A stretch of 64,000 nt of DNA from Camelus ferus (taxonomy: Eukaryota), in the NCBI RefSeq assembly GCF_009834535.1, contig NC_045696.1, positions 51,834,001-51,898,000 on the forward strand, read 5' to 3'. Positions 51,501 to 64,000 of this stretch are shown here, piece after piece. The translations under genes and the position numbers were made by a program. Under the pieces are notes generated by a model. That model was given only the letters and a program-made list of their open reading frames with translations, had not been told where the DNA came from and made no database searches. The first letter of the stretch is position 1. Every line of letters begins with the position of its first letter.

Positions 51501-52579
51501 TCAGAGTTTGCAATAGATTTTCTTTGCCCAAAGTAGTAAAATTAGATATGCCTTTTGATTTATAAAAAGTCATGTGATACCTAATCCCCAATATTACAAA
51601 ACATTCCAAATGTGATGTGTTTAAACACATACACACACACGTTAGAAATGTGGGTGTTCTGGTATAGCTTTCTGGCTTTAAAGGGTCTCCAGAAAGGGCA
51701 GAAGAAGACGGGTGTCTGATAAACTACTTCTGCAGGGGTCACCAGCAGAAAGCAAATTTAGTCAAGTGCCGCCAATAATCATTTCTCTTACAAATGTTTT
51801 TAAAATCTATCTTTCCTTGACGGATATTTTTTTCCTTTGGTATAGCTAATATGGTGGCCATGGCCCGGTCTTCTAGTCACTTTGGAATTTCTCCCTTGCA
51901 TCACAAGCTCAGCTGTACTCATCAAAGTGGAAAAACTGACAGCACTGTCTGAAAGGCACAGCTTGGGATAATTGCTCCTTGTAGTTTCCCTGTCAATGAA
52001 TATTATCATATTCTTCTCACGAATAAGGTTACTGTACTTTTTGTGTGTGTGTGGATTTCTACACACTTAGCCACTAAGCACATTACTGTTCCTTTAATGA
52101 AATGGACTAAATGTGACAGTGTGAGCTGTGGCTTAGCATTCCCAAGATTCTGTTTGAAAGCCCCTGTGTGCATATTTTTAAAAATAATCTTTGTATGTCC
52201 AGAAGAAGTATAAAACGAAAACAATTTTTTTACTTGATATTATTGTTTTCTTAAGAAGGCTAACCGAGAAATATCAATGAATAGGCACAAAGCAAAGAAA
52301 AAAAAAAACACTGAAGGCTAGTGAACATATTCTCTTACTGAATTTCTTTCATCTAAATATACAATGAAACCCTCTGACATGTTTTCCCATCATGTTAGGC
52401 TGAGGCACAGTTCTTGAGCTAAAAGTAGAAAACCTAAACTCTAAGTCTCCTAATGATCTACACCTTTGCAATAGTAGCTTCTCTTTACATTTTAAATGCT
52501 AGCTAATTAAGAAGGAAAAATTTCAAAGAATCACAGTCACTAACAACAGCAGCAGCAGCAACAGTAATAATGATGATAT

Positions 52580-52790
52580 TAACATCAGCTAACGTTTACA
52601 AACTCTTATGTCCTAGGCATCACTATAATCACAGGTATTGACTCATCAAATCTTCACAACTCGACCAGATAATACCATTACTACTCCCATTTTATAGATG
52701 AGACAATAGAGGCACAGAGAGATTAAAAATGTTCCCAACATCACACAGCCAGTAAGTAGGAGTCAGGATTCAGAGGGAGCCAGGCTCTGC
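52580..52790 (-). mobile_element. MIR SINE
   Basis: ccattttatagatgagacaatagaggcacagagagattaa...cacacagccagtaagt...caggattc. Confidence 0.85.
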
Positions 52791-52924
52791 CACATGATGA
52801 ATGTTTGGTCCAATAAGCTCAATGCTCCTTACGGCCCCTGAAGCTCTTCCCCAATTGGCCAGTGATCAGTGTTATGTTCCCTTCAGAACACTTAAACACT
52901 TCTTGTCTTAGAGCCTGTTTTGAA

Positions 52925-53150
52925 TAACATAGTGGTTAAAAGTGCGGGATCTGGAATTCATATATAAAGGATTTACCCTATATACCAGCAGTGCTTAACT
53001 CTACCAATAGCTGTGCCTCAATTTCCTCCTATGTAAAACAGGAATAATAATACCAATTTCATGTAGTTGTTATGAGGGTTGAATGGGATAATGCACACTG
53101 GAGCTCAATGGAGGGTCAATGTTTAATAAAGGTTAACTTCATTACTACTG
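52925..53150 (+). mobile_element. MIR SINE
   Basis: catagtggttaaaagtgcgg...tgcctcaatttcctcctatgtaaaacaggaataataata...gttgttatgagggttgaatgggataatgca. Confidence 0.85.
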
Positions 53151-53394
53151 ATTCTAATCTGTTAATATATATGATCTCTTTCCCCAATTAGATTGTGTCT
53201 CTTTTCAGAGAAATTATCAGTTTGAATCTGCACTGTTTTGTGTTGGGGTTTCCAATTGTTTAACATATGCTGTTGAAATCTTGGAAGTCCTAGGCATTGC
53301 TGCAATAACATGTATTAACTCATTAAATCTTATAACAATTCTACCAGGTATTACACATACTTATAAGTAATATAATATTTATACCAGTGTCTAA

Positions 53395-53590
53395 AATTAG
53401 TGAGTACTTACTACGTGCCAGAAACTCAGCCAAGTGCATTATGGCGTTTTCTCATGTAACTCTCCCCAATCCTCTTTCCCTCTAGGCACTTTCAAAACCT
53501 TCACTTTGCACAGGAGGAAACCGAGGCTTACTACACAGCTAAGTGTTCAAGACTGTGAACTTTTAACCACAGCCCTATACTACCTGCTAA
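53395..53590 (-). mobile_element. MIR fragment
   Basis: tgagtacttactacgtgccag...ttgcacaggaggaaaccgaggctta...ttttaaccac. Confidence 0.7.
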
Positions 53591-55419
53591 AGAATGAACA
53601 TAAGGTAGATGTTCAATAAATATTTGCTCCTGATGATGAATCGATTGAATTTTAATTATTATAAACCAAACTAGTGTGACCTACCCAATATCATTCATTC
53701 ATTAGTAAACTACTAAAAAGAGATTATTGTGTGCTAGATACATGCCAAATACTGGCAATAAAAAGAAAATACTGTGGGTCTAAAATTTTCTCATCAAAGC
53801 AATTAAAGATTTAATATAATTTCACTTACCATCATTTTCTATGTCAACTCTTATAAAAATCAAACTTCTCCCTCTCTCCCTTTCCCTCCCTGCCCACTCC
53901 TTCTTATTCCTTCTTTTAAACCCAAGTTTCCTAGTATTACATTTATACAGATTTTTGTCGATAAGAAGCTTGTATGTCAAGGCAAGGAACCATTTTAATT
54001 ATATTTACTCTTCATTTTGAGGATATTTCTTTTTCATATCTGACAAAGACTTTTGAAGTGACTAAAGAAAGGCAAAGCAACCTGACTTAAAAAAAATTCT
54101 TTCATATACAATCTTTTGTCTGTAATATTCTCACAATAGCTTAGAAATTTTAAAAGAACGTTTTAGCTGTTTTTGTTCTTTTCAAATTGGCAAAATTTGA
54201 TTTTCTTCTTCACATGTTTAGATGATATTTAAAATCAACAAATAAGAAAATAAGAACATATTCAGTTTTAAAAATACACTGTTCATTGGTGCCTTGGCAT
54301 TATCAACTAATAACAGCATCACTCTGAAAACTGTATTTCTGTTCCATTTTTAAAAAAAAAAAAGAGTTGGAAAATGCTCACAGAGAACTCACACAAAATC
54401 AACTACTATCTTATGGAGAGAAAAAGTCTAAGGGCAACGGGAGACCATAACCAGTGCTGTTAACAAACTCTCCAATCAGCTAGCAGAACTTTCACCTCCA
54501 CACTAAAGGGATGGGTGGAATTTTGTCTGTGATTTTTTAGCAAACATATCTATTTAGGTGGATAATTCTAAAGTCAGTAGTCTTCAGGAATACTTCGCAG
54601 AATCATTATTTCTTATATATGACTTTAAGCTGTATTGAGTTGATAATTTCAAAAGGAGGGACTTTCAGTTAAAGAAAGCCTCCTGGAATTCTGTCATTAA
54701 ATGGCTCAATTACACAGAATTGTTTAAAATGTAATGCCAGAGAAGAATATTTTATCTTTCTCTAGAATGCATAAGCATAAGAATGACCTTAGGAAGTTAG
54801 TTTAATTCATTAATTCATTAAAGACACATTTATTGTGTATCTAATATGTGTTAGGCATTATAATGGACAATGAAAATACAAAGAATAATCAAATTGATCT
54901 GAAAAATAGTAGAGGGCATAAGGATGGGGCTGGTGAGAGAGAACAGAGATGAGATAATAAAGTGATTATAATCATAGCTGCCATGAGATGACCATGTATC
55001 AATGTACTAGGTGCTTTGTATGAACCACTTCATACCAACACTGCAGGACAGGTATCATAATCTTCTTACAGATGAGAAACCAAATGGTTGATTGATTATA
55101 AAGTGCTCTGTAATGACATACAACAGCAAAGTTTAGATTTTATCTTATAAATAATAAGGAAACATTTTCAAGGTGAGGAATGATATGTTTGTATTTTTAT
55201 TTTAGAAAGGTAATTTTGGTGTTGCATTCATTTTTGATATAGTACCACTTTCACAGGATAAAATGTCCATCATACAAGGATATGATTCTGTTTGTTTGTT
55301 TTTTTGGTGAACTGTGTGATTCTCTAACTGATCCAGAGTTCATCATCAACTGAGACTGGTATGAATTAAGTAACATCTGGCTTCTGGAAAAAATAGATTG
55401 GCTGTCACTATTTTTTTTT

Positions 55420-56046
55420 TTAAAGCCACCCTTAATGATTCCCAGTAATTAACCAACAGAATTTCATTCTGAGACATCCATGATCTGCTCCTGAAAAACT
55501 CTACAGCCTCATCTCCCACTAAATTCCATATGCCCTCAAGTCTTGCCATTCTAGTCTCCATGCCATTTCTGAAACACACCAGATTCTATCATGGCTTCCC
55601 ACCCAGTTCTCTTGATGTTCCATTAGCTTAGATGGTCCTATTCTTTTTTCTTTCAGGTGAAAACTTCTTTCATTTTCCATCTATCTAAAATATCACTTCT
55701 TTTCTAAAGTTTTCCTTCTCACTCATCTTAGATTAATCTCTTTTTCTGATTTCCCTTAGCACTTTAACTATCCTTCTGTAACAGTACCTTTATTACGCTT
55801 TATATTGAAACTGTTTGTTTCTAAGTCTCTCTCCTTCTAGAATCTATTTGGTAAACTACCTGAGAGTATTGGCCTTGAATCTTTCATCCAAGTTTTATAA
55901 ACAAAAAAGGAAAAGAAGCAGTGTGTTGTATACTTGGCCAAGTAATGATGTCCAAATACTGCACCGCCATAACCAATGTTCAATAACTGTTCGATGAATA
56001 AGATAGAGTCATTCATTCAATCATTCACTCACTTTTCATTCATTCA
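55420..56046 (+). mobile_element. L2 LINE 3' fragment followed by a (CATT)n tract
   Basis: ccatgatctgctcct...cagcctcatctccc...ttctgaaacacaccag, L2-like through caataactgttcgatgaataa. Confidence 0.65.
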
Positions 56047-56747
56047 GTAGTTCTATATGCTCATAGAAGGAAATAAAGGCTGCTTTATAAAAAAGTTTTC
56101 TATTCATCTGAATAAATCAACAGGATAAGAAAGAGAAAGCTATTATAAATACTATTATTGAATCAAACAAACAGTGGGACATCTGATGAATACATACTAT
56201 GTGAGAGTCAGGAAGACCTATGATAAACTGAGATGTACCATCTCACCATCGCTACCTCTGAACAGCTTATAGATATTTATTGACAGTCTCAAGCTAATGT
56301 GTGAGTGTCTGTGTTACTGGCAAAAGTATATGAATTACCTATCCAGGGATACAAGCTGTTAAAATAAACAAAACAATTTCATAGCAATGCAAGGGAGAAA
56401 AGACTAACATTTACAAAACGATTTATTGTCTAGGCAAGGTAGTAGACTCCAAACATATTACCTCATTTAAATCCTAATAAAATACTAAGATGGCTAATTA
56501 TTTATTCATTTTAAATAAAAATATGACTGAGTAAGAGAATCTTAATTCTCAGAGGCCACCATATTAGGAATCTGGAAAGCCAGAATTAAAAAGCTTATCA
56601 GAGACCTTGGTCTTTTCCATTTCTGTTACCTCTACTGAGAACCCAATTCTAGACCAAAGAAGTTGAATCAACATGGATTTATATTTTGATGGAAGGGTTC
56701 ATGGAAGAGTGGGACTTTAACGTAGGCATCAAAAGACAGAAAATAGT

Positions 56748-56992
56748 AGGTAATACTTATTGAGGACTTACTACTATTCTAAACATTTTGGATGTATTCA
56801 CTCATTTGATCCTTACAACAGTTTTTTGGAGGTGAGGACTATTATTTTACTGTTATCACCTTGCATTATGGAAGCTGAGCCAAAGAGAAGATATAATAAA
56901 CTTTCTCACAAAGTCACAAAGCTAGTAAGTGGCTGTGTGGTCAGACTTTCCTGCCTATTGCCCACAGAATTTAACCATCATGCTATACTGTC
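56748..56992 (-). mobile_element. MIR SINE
   Basis: aatacttattgaggacttacta...ctcatttgatccttacaac...aaagtcacaaagctagtaagtggc...ttaaccatcatgctatactg. Confidence 0.8.
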
Positions 56993-57125
56993 TCATTAGC
57001 CTGTAAGGTTATTTAATGTGTTAGCTTGAATAAAGTTCCAAGCACAAGGCTGTTTCCATCACACTGGAAGTTAGGGCTCCTACATATGAATTTGGGAGGG
57101 GGACGTGAACACTCGGTCCATAACA

Positions 57126-57325
57126 CTGCACTTCCCAAACTTTTTCATATCATGGCACACATAGAAAGGGATAATAATTTTCCTGCTTGTTGGATAACCT
57201 GGGAAGGATTTGGAGCCTTAGAGGAGGCTCTGCTGGGCTAGATATGACTAACCCTTGAAGCTCCAGTTGTTACTAGGCCTCCCTGAGGGATTCAGTAATC
57301 ATCCCACATAGTTTGGCAAACTACA
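57126..57325 (+). mobile_element. hAT-Charlie-type MITE, preceded by a short reverse MLT1 end at 57062-57125
   Basis: Imperfect TIR-like ends cttcccaaact / agtttggcaaa; internal ttttcatatcatggcacacatagaaa. Confidence 0.5.
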
Positions 57326-57668
57326 CACTATATAAAACCACAAACTCTTCAGAACACAAGCAGCATCAGCCATTATAATTACTATCTCACAGCCTTATTT
57401 TAGATCTTTCACATTTGAGCTCATATTTTTCTGGAAAACAATGTTAAAGTGGAAAGGGGTTTCCTAAGAAGTTGTTCAATAAGCACTGGAGAAAACATGA
57501 GGGTATCTAGAAAACTATGCTAGAAGGTAGGCATAATACAAATTCCAAAGAAGTCCACTTTGGAGAAAAGCAGATCAGATAGCTGACTTTTCTTGAAGAG
57601 AATATTTCTAAATATTTATAATTTTATAGTTCTTCAGGTGTCAGAATGAACGTTAAGAAAGTAAATGG

Positions 57669-57755
57669 AGGGAGGAGGGTATAGCTCAGTGGTAGAGTGC
57701 ACACTTAACATGCGCGAGGTCCTAGGTTCAATTCCCAGTACCTCCATTAAAAAAA
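57669..57755 (+). mobile_element. Short tRNA-derived SINE (camelid-type)
   Basis: A box TAGCTCAGTGG (57682-57692), B box GGTTCAATTCC (57725-57735), body ggagggtatagctcagtggtagagtgc...cccagtacctcca, A tail, and A-rich...aaatgg flanks resembling a TSD. Confidence 0.9.
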
Positions 57756-58732
57756 AAATGGCAATCACCATTTCTTCCTAAAACAGATACTTTTTTCTTT
57801 TTTTGGACAAATTCAGTACTTATTGATAGCTTATTTTCCTACAACCAAAGCTGAAGAAATTTTCCAGAAGTGGGGAAAAATATTTTTTTTCCATAATGGA
57901 ATACAGCTAATATGCAACACCAGGTCCTTTTATACTCATGTGGGTCCAAAATAAACTACTTGGAAAGTTAATGTCCCTTTTCCTGAAGTGTCCTTCTTCT
58001 TCAGTCCATACTGGGACATTGGTTAAGAAGAAGGAGGCTTGTGGTAACATCCATCCTAACAAGGGTGATCACCTTGGTCACTGCACCCTGGAAATAACTT
58101 TAAAATGTCCATGTCATGGACACTGAGATGCAGGAAGAGAGTTTTGAACTTCCTGTCTCATTGTGATTTATGTTCTGGGGCCTCATTAATCTCACTCAGG
58201 GAAGGCAGACTCTTCTCTGGTGCTGATCACAGATATAGAAAACAGACATCAAGACTTCACCATGTCTCATTTCAGACTAGATTCACATAATCACAGCAAC
58301 AAGTATCCCAAAAGAGAGTCATTCAAAAGCCTGTTAAATTTGATCAGACACTTCAAATGATGGTATACTGCCACCATTCCCACAGTATGACTTTGAAGTA
58401 CTCAACTTTGTTTTTCCCACCGTGATGTACAGGGATATTTAGATTTTAACACATGCTCATGGATTTACCTATGGTTATCTGCAATTTCTGGAGTATAAAC
58501 TAAAACATTACCCATTTTCTCTCACTTAATAAAGCACATTAGAAAACACAAGTGTATGAGTATAACTTTATTATAGGGTCAATCTCATGTTTATTTAATT
58601 TTTAAAATAATAACCATACACGTATACATCAGAAGTTTATTATTAGCAACAAATTTGTTGTAACGCATCTCACATGATTGAAATACACCAGTATTTCTTA
58701 TTACTGGCAATAAAAATCAGTGTGTAGATTAT

Positions 58733-58860
58733 GCATTTATTCACCCATCCAACAAACATTAATTGAGCACCCACTATGTGTCAGGGAAGTGCTAGATACA
58801 GGAGACCACAGATGAATAAACAATGTCTCTCCCACCAAATATTATAATCTATGGATGTGA
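58733..58860 (-). mobile_element. L2 3' fragment
   Basis: catccaacaaacattaattgagcacccactatgtgtcagg...tgctagatacagg, the reverse L2 terminus. Confidence 0.85.
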
Positions 58861-58973
58861 GCTATCTAGCTTTGGGAACCAGGTTACAAATGGACAATAA
58901 TTCACTGGGAATAGTAGACAGTACAGAAGAAGGTACTGTGAACTGATTAAAACAAATAAAAGATCTGACTACC

Positions 58974-59462
58974 TGTCTCATTTTGGATTCCCTCCAAAGA
59001 AGGATCTGAGACAAGGACTTAGGTGCAGATGGTAACTGGGAAGGCGACTTCAGAAGGCAGGAGTGGAGGAATGATGAGAGTGAGGCAGGGAGGAGGACTG
59101 GCAATAATAGGAATATTATTGGTCAAACAGGCTACTAGCAGTGCAATTCCAACAGGGTCTCTGAGACTTACACACATGCCTCCAGAGGGATCCATCAGAA
59201 GGAAACAGAGGCTGGAAAATTTTTTTTCAGTTCTATTCCTCCTTTGGTTGAGGGTTGGTCCCACAGGGAGTAAAGCTGCCATTCAGGTTCCCCAATCCAA
59301 TATAGCTTCACTGAGCTCTCCTGGCATTGGAAAAAGTCCTGGGGCAGAATGCGGAAAAGCATTCCTGAGGCAGGAGTCTGGGCTAACGCAGAACTGCTTC
59401 AGTGTGGCTGAACTTAGAGTGAGCTGAGGGATAATGACTGAGTGCCCGACACACCTGCTAGA
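58974..59462 (-). mobile_element. ERVL solo LTR (LTR16-like)
   Basis: tgtctcattttggattccctccaaagaaggatctgagacaaggacttaggtgcag is a reverse LTR16-type 3' end; ttggttgagggttg; ends cacctgctaga. Confidence 0.75.
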
Positions 59463-61320
59463 GTAGCCTGTAAAGACTCCTGGGGGTGGGGCGTAATATA
59501 CATCCAATCTGATCTAAGGGATGCTCTGGGGGAAGGTTAGACTGACATCTTTTTATGAAATTATATTCCACAGAAACTGTCTCTGACACCTGCAAGAAGT
59601 CAAACTGTGGGACAGTAAATCCTGACATGGTCCAGCTAAGAAACAGAAAAATGATGAGCTGCTAATCGGCTTACCTGATTCTCTGGCTATGAGGTCACGA
59701 TTGGACTCTCAGCAGTTCTTATGAAAATCCTGACACTCGTTCACCAACTATCCTCTAGAAGTTGATATGTATCAATCTTCCTGTGTTTCAGGAGAGAAAT
59801 CTTGGAACTGTTTTAGGGAACTTTTCCAAAAATGGTGGTGCATTTTGCATCATTATGTCATGACTAGGCCTACTGAAAATTTCCTGACATTCTGAATTCA
59901 TGGCAATAATATCTGTGTTGTTGTAATTGGTTTGTATTTTTCTTTTTTGTTTTGTATTAAAGTAGAAGAGAAATAGGAAAAGGTTAAGGATTGCACCTAA
60001 ATGTATTAAGCTTGAAGGCTTTCAACATAAATGAGAAGGTTTATAGAAAGTTATTAAGACCTTTAAGCGACTATAAACATTTCATCATTGCTGACAATAT
60101 CCACTTTCGTTAACCCTATCCAAGCAGTTCCTGTGCTGCTGTGAGGCTGGACGTGAGTTTATTTTGCAATTTATCAAGCAGCGGAGGAGTTTTCCAGAGA
60201 GTTTTGGTTTGGGGGCCCGGATTATAAGATTAAATAATAGATACTTTTATGGTTACAGGAGAAGAATTTATATACCCTTCATTCTTCCATTATAATATAT
60301 AAAGGAAACGACTGTATTCCTAATCCTTAGAAAATGTGGTGTGTGTAGGGGTACATTATGGTCCCTTACATGAACATAGGTAACTTCCCTTTGACAAAGA
60401 GTGGGCCAGTCTTTACAAAAGTCTGGGGAAAAAGAAAAAAGCCCTAGGGGCCATTTAGGCTCTGCCAGTAAGTTCCATTTTGAGACATCAAATCCAGTTG
60501 CACAGAAACCAAATGTCAATATTTACAAAGATCTTTCCATCTTATATTCCACTTCCTTTTCTTTTTATGCCTTTTCTTCCCTTTCCTTTCCTCCCTTTTC
60601 CCTCGATCCTCTTCTTCATTCTATTCTATTTGCTCTCATTTTCCCCACACCCAGTAGTTAGTCCACAATCTGTTCATCCCGAAAGAGACTTCAGTGATGG
60701 ACCAGAAAGGGCCTTAAACAAAGCTGTCACTTAAGACAGGGCACTGGGGAGGGCGGTGAATGATGATTAGGGCCAAGCCTGAGGACGAGAGTGCTCAGGG
60801 CTCTGAGGCTCTCAACCCAATAAGCCATTAGGCTTCCGCAGGCTTGATGGCGGTACCATGCCTCCTGATTTCAAAGCTTTCCCGGGTTGACAAGGACTTA
60901 CTAATTTCAAACTTTCTAACCAATTACAATCACAAAGAACTCCGGACAATAATCAGCCAGCCAAGGGAAAGTGCCAGGTTGGAGAAGCCCTCAGCAGGTT
61001 TCACTCTGCTGCTCTGCCCCGCAACATGCAGCTGGGAGTCTGCTTAATAAGTAAGTAAAAACACATTACAAACTGCAGACATGCTCAACGGGTCCCTCTG
61101 GCTGTCTTGTTCCCAGGAGTGGGGTATGTAGGAACCCTGTCCTGCATTTAGCCCATTAATTTCTGATGGTGTTAATTAAAAACTTTTGATGCTGGTTTGA
61201 ATGGAAAATAGCTCAAACAGTGTTTTCTTTATTAAAGCACCAAGTTCCAAGTCTTGGATTATTAGGTTAAGCTCTGGCATCAGTGAGACCAACGTAAGTG
61301 CTTTTTATACCATCTTCTTT

Positions 61321-61344
61321 GATGATGATGATGATGATGATGAT
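61321..61344. repeat. (GAT)8 microsatellite
   Basis: Read directly. Confidence 0.95.
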
Positions 61345-62366
61345 AATAATAAATGAAAAGGAAGAAGAGAAACTGTTTAGATCGAAACTCCCTTATTTCA
61401 ACCTGTTTTTTCTTTAAAGGACTAAATTGAAAATCTGGGTCCCTGAATGTAGAACATATGATTTAAAAAAAAAATCTTATTTCAATCCTTACAGAACATT
61501 CAAATCACCCAATGTTCCAGGACCTGAATTTTTTATATTTTAAAATGGGGAAAGCTGCTTAAAATAAGTGAATCAGCTGCTAAGTGATTTCTCTCTGTCT
61601 CTTCCCCTACTCTCTCTTTCCAAAGGCTGAAAAAATGCTTAAAATGGTGTATGCAATTGATATGTGCTGCTTAAGAAGCTTAATATAATTACTGAGGACT
61701 CAGACTTTCTATTTAAAAACAAGATAGGCAAGGGCAATAGAAACTGAGTTGTGAGTATTCATCCCTTGTGAGATGTGGGAAATGTTTCTAAGTGTTTAAT
61801 CCATTGAGCAAGGTAAGGGGTGCAAAGTAGCTATTCACAGCTTTCTCTGTGCTCCTGGAAACCTACGGAAACCTGGGAAATCCAGAGAGCAATGTAAGGG
61901 GATAGCGTGACAGATGCTGTGCAGGCCGTGAGCAAATACAAAGTCCATCTCTGCAACCCAACACTTTTGTAAAGTACTAAGCAAACCACTCAAACATTCT
62001 GGTTGGTTTCTAAGGCTCTTCTCCAATTTCATTTTTTAATCATTTTCCCTCTTACACCAGGGCCTGAAGCCTTGGGCATATGGTCGGAGAGGTCCCGTGA
62101 ATGTCACGTCACAGGTGCCTTTTCGTGTTTTCATATACCTACTATTGTTTTCCATCTCCTAACCTGTTTAATTCACACTGTCTGTAAATATCATCAGAAT
62201 CCTGGAAAGCCCACAAGACTTCCTTTTTCACCCTAAAGGTCTTCATCACTCTTGTTCTTGTTTTGATCTACAGATCTCTAAATAGGATGAAGTTCTCCAC
62301 AAAGGCTACACAATTTGGCAAATCTCCTTTCCTTCCCTCCCTAACCGCAGGCTGCACTGACCTCAC

Positions 62367-62476
62367 CTTCTTGGAAAAGTTTGCAGCATTGGCCTCCCAC
62401 CCTGATGGGGCCTGACAGTGGTCCTTCAACAACAAACAAGGACAACAATGACCACAACAATAACAGAAAACACTCC
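62367..62476 (-). other. Candidate internal exon (110 nt), minus strand
   Basis: Branch-like CTCAC plus acceptor tttatgctttacag|G (AG at 62478-62477), and donor AAG|GTGAGG at 62367/62366. Confidence 0.45.
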
Positions 62477-64000
62477 CTGTAAAGCATAAAGTGAGCGAGG
62501 GGAGGGTGTAGAGCAACAGAAGTAAAACTCCAAAAGGGGACTAGGCCTGAGCAAACCACAGCATGAAACTATTTGTTCACAAAATTTATGATTTTTTTTC
62601 CCCAGAGGAAATGGATAGGTGATGTTGTCTTCAAAGAACTAGTAAATGTAAATTAACAGATATGCAGCAAATGAGTGTACTTAACAATGATTTCCAGCTG
62701 AAATGATTTTTTTTCTAGAGCCCAAGTTTTTGTTAAACTTAATCCTTACGCTCTTCCCTCTCCAGCAGCAGAAACATCTGGTCGGTTTTAGATTCCCCTT
62801 GGATTTCCAACTTCAAAGGGAATTATAAAGAATAACAAATTCATGTACCGGCACTAAAAAAAAATTAGAGCAGCAGGAAAGAATGGTAAAATTGTCCTTA
62901 TTTGACTGCTAGTGACAGCCGCCACCGGCAGAACTATGAGAAAAGACAAAGGCAAGATCACCTGTTGACAACTGGGGTTCCTGGAAGGAACTGAATCTTT
63001 GGCTACAGGCAAATAGGCACAGGGCACTTACAATCTCTGTAAGGAGATTTCTCCTTAAGTGAAAAATGAATAAATAAAAAAGTATAAAGAGTTAAAAGGT
63101 TAAAAAAAAAGTGGTTTACATGCACCTGTCACATAGTGATCATCAACAAAAGTTTGCTGAAAGGGTGACCTGGAGACAGTCTTGAGGATTCACCTAACCT
63201 CTGGGTTTTTAATTTTACTTGCAGAAAACGGTGTGAATTTTTAATCTACACAGGGCTGGATAAGTCATTCCAGAAGTAACTCAGGCTCCTAAGAATCCAC
63301 TAGACCTACCATGTCCGCATAAAAGATTAGACCTTCAAGGGTTTCAAAAGCAGTCTGTTTCTTCCTTATTCTGGATTCATATCAAAGGATGGCTGGAAAT
63401 CAAAATCCTACCAGAGTGGAGGAATAGGGTCTGAATGAACTATTGATATTTGTAGTTGCGCCAAGTTGTGCTTGACATTATGTTACAGAGCTGGATTTAA
63501 CTTTCTCCTCTGTCATTTTCCTAGCAAAACTGATACACATTTCTTAGAATGCAGGTCTTGATGTAATCAAAGATTAGAGACTAAGAACAGTTAAAGAAAG
63601 TACAATTTTGCTTTCTAATTGCCTCTTACAAATAGCCTTTCCTCTTTCCTGTTTTAAGTACAATGTATACGGCAACAACAATAAAAAAAAAAGACATGAT
63701 TAACTAATCAACTTGTCTGTGGACAAAGAGAGAGAGAAAGAGTTAAGGGCTAAAATGTCTTTAAATAATTAATTATAAAAGTCTTTAAACAGCAATTGGA
63801 GGTGACAGATCCCTACACCATAAATACATTAGGTGGATTCACAGAATGCTCATCCAAATCTCAGAAAGCAAATTACTTTTGAGGAAAAAGGGTATATTAA
63901 CAACACCTTACATACATAGAGTAGGATACATCAAATAGAACCAATTCTCTATGGCACCTAGCATGGTTTGCTAATGGAGCAGTCTCCCAAACAGAAGACC

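Noticed and set aside
51333..51636. Lys/Glu-rich and Phe/Ser-rich ORFs
   Set aside because: Translations of the (GAAA)n simple repeat.
57669..57746. Possible genuine tRNA gene
   Set aside because: The A tail, TSD-like flanks, extra 5' purine leader and imperfect stems indicate a retroposed SINE.
59023..59427. 134-aa ORF
   Set aside because: Entirely within the LTR16-like solo LTR.
59792..59929. Plus-strand exon candidate (ttcctgtgtttcag| ... TTG|GTTTGT)
   Set aside because: Weak donor, multiple stop codons and no other support. Left unannotated.
1..64000. CRISPR arrays, operons, rRNA, miRNA or snoRNA genes, a named host gene, or a novel multi-gene system
   Set aside because: The DNA is mammalian non-coding. 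I saw no repeat-spacer array, no recognisable structured RNA family and no identifiable coding exon, so no gene symbol or novel system can be supported.

Overview
AT-rich, CpG-poor mammalian non-coding DNA, either intronic or an extended 5' region. The source is probably a camelid: the one young tRNA-derived SINE (57669-57755) and a short L1 3' tip resemble camelid families as I recall them. No ORF in the six-frame track is a credible protein-coding gene; the only recognisable peptides are L1 ORF1 and ORF2 remnants. The window is mostly unique sequence plus ancient eutherian repeats: L2, MIR, MaLR/ERVL solo LTRs, hAT MITEs and an old 3.7-kb L1. The most organised unique segment is 7.3-8.8 kb, a GC-raised, promoter-like block. 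It holds three consecutive minus-strand exon candidates with strong splice donors and a consensus ARE/AP-1 site. Further minus-strand promoter or exon candidates lie at about 15.3, 39.7 and 62.4 kb, which suggests the multi-promoter 5' region of a gene whose CDS lies left of the window. I could not identify that gene. Two well-formed plus-strand exon candidates (2938-3002 and 43565-43641) suggest an overlapping antisense transcript. The clearest structural oddity is two successive L1 insertions at one endonuclease site inside a MIR, leaving a triplicated target-site duplication (TSD). I see no supportable evidence of a wholly novel biological system. Repeat subfamily names come from memory of consensus sequences and need RepeatMasker/Dfam confirmation.
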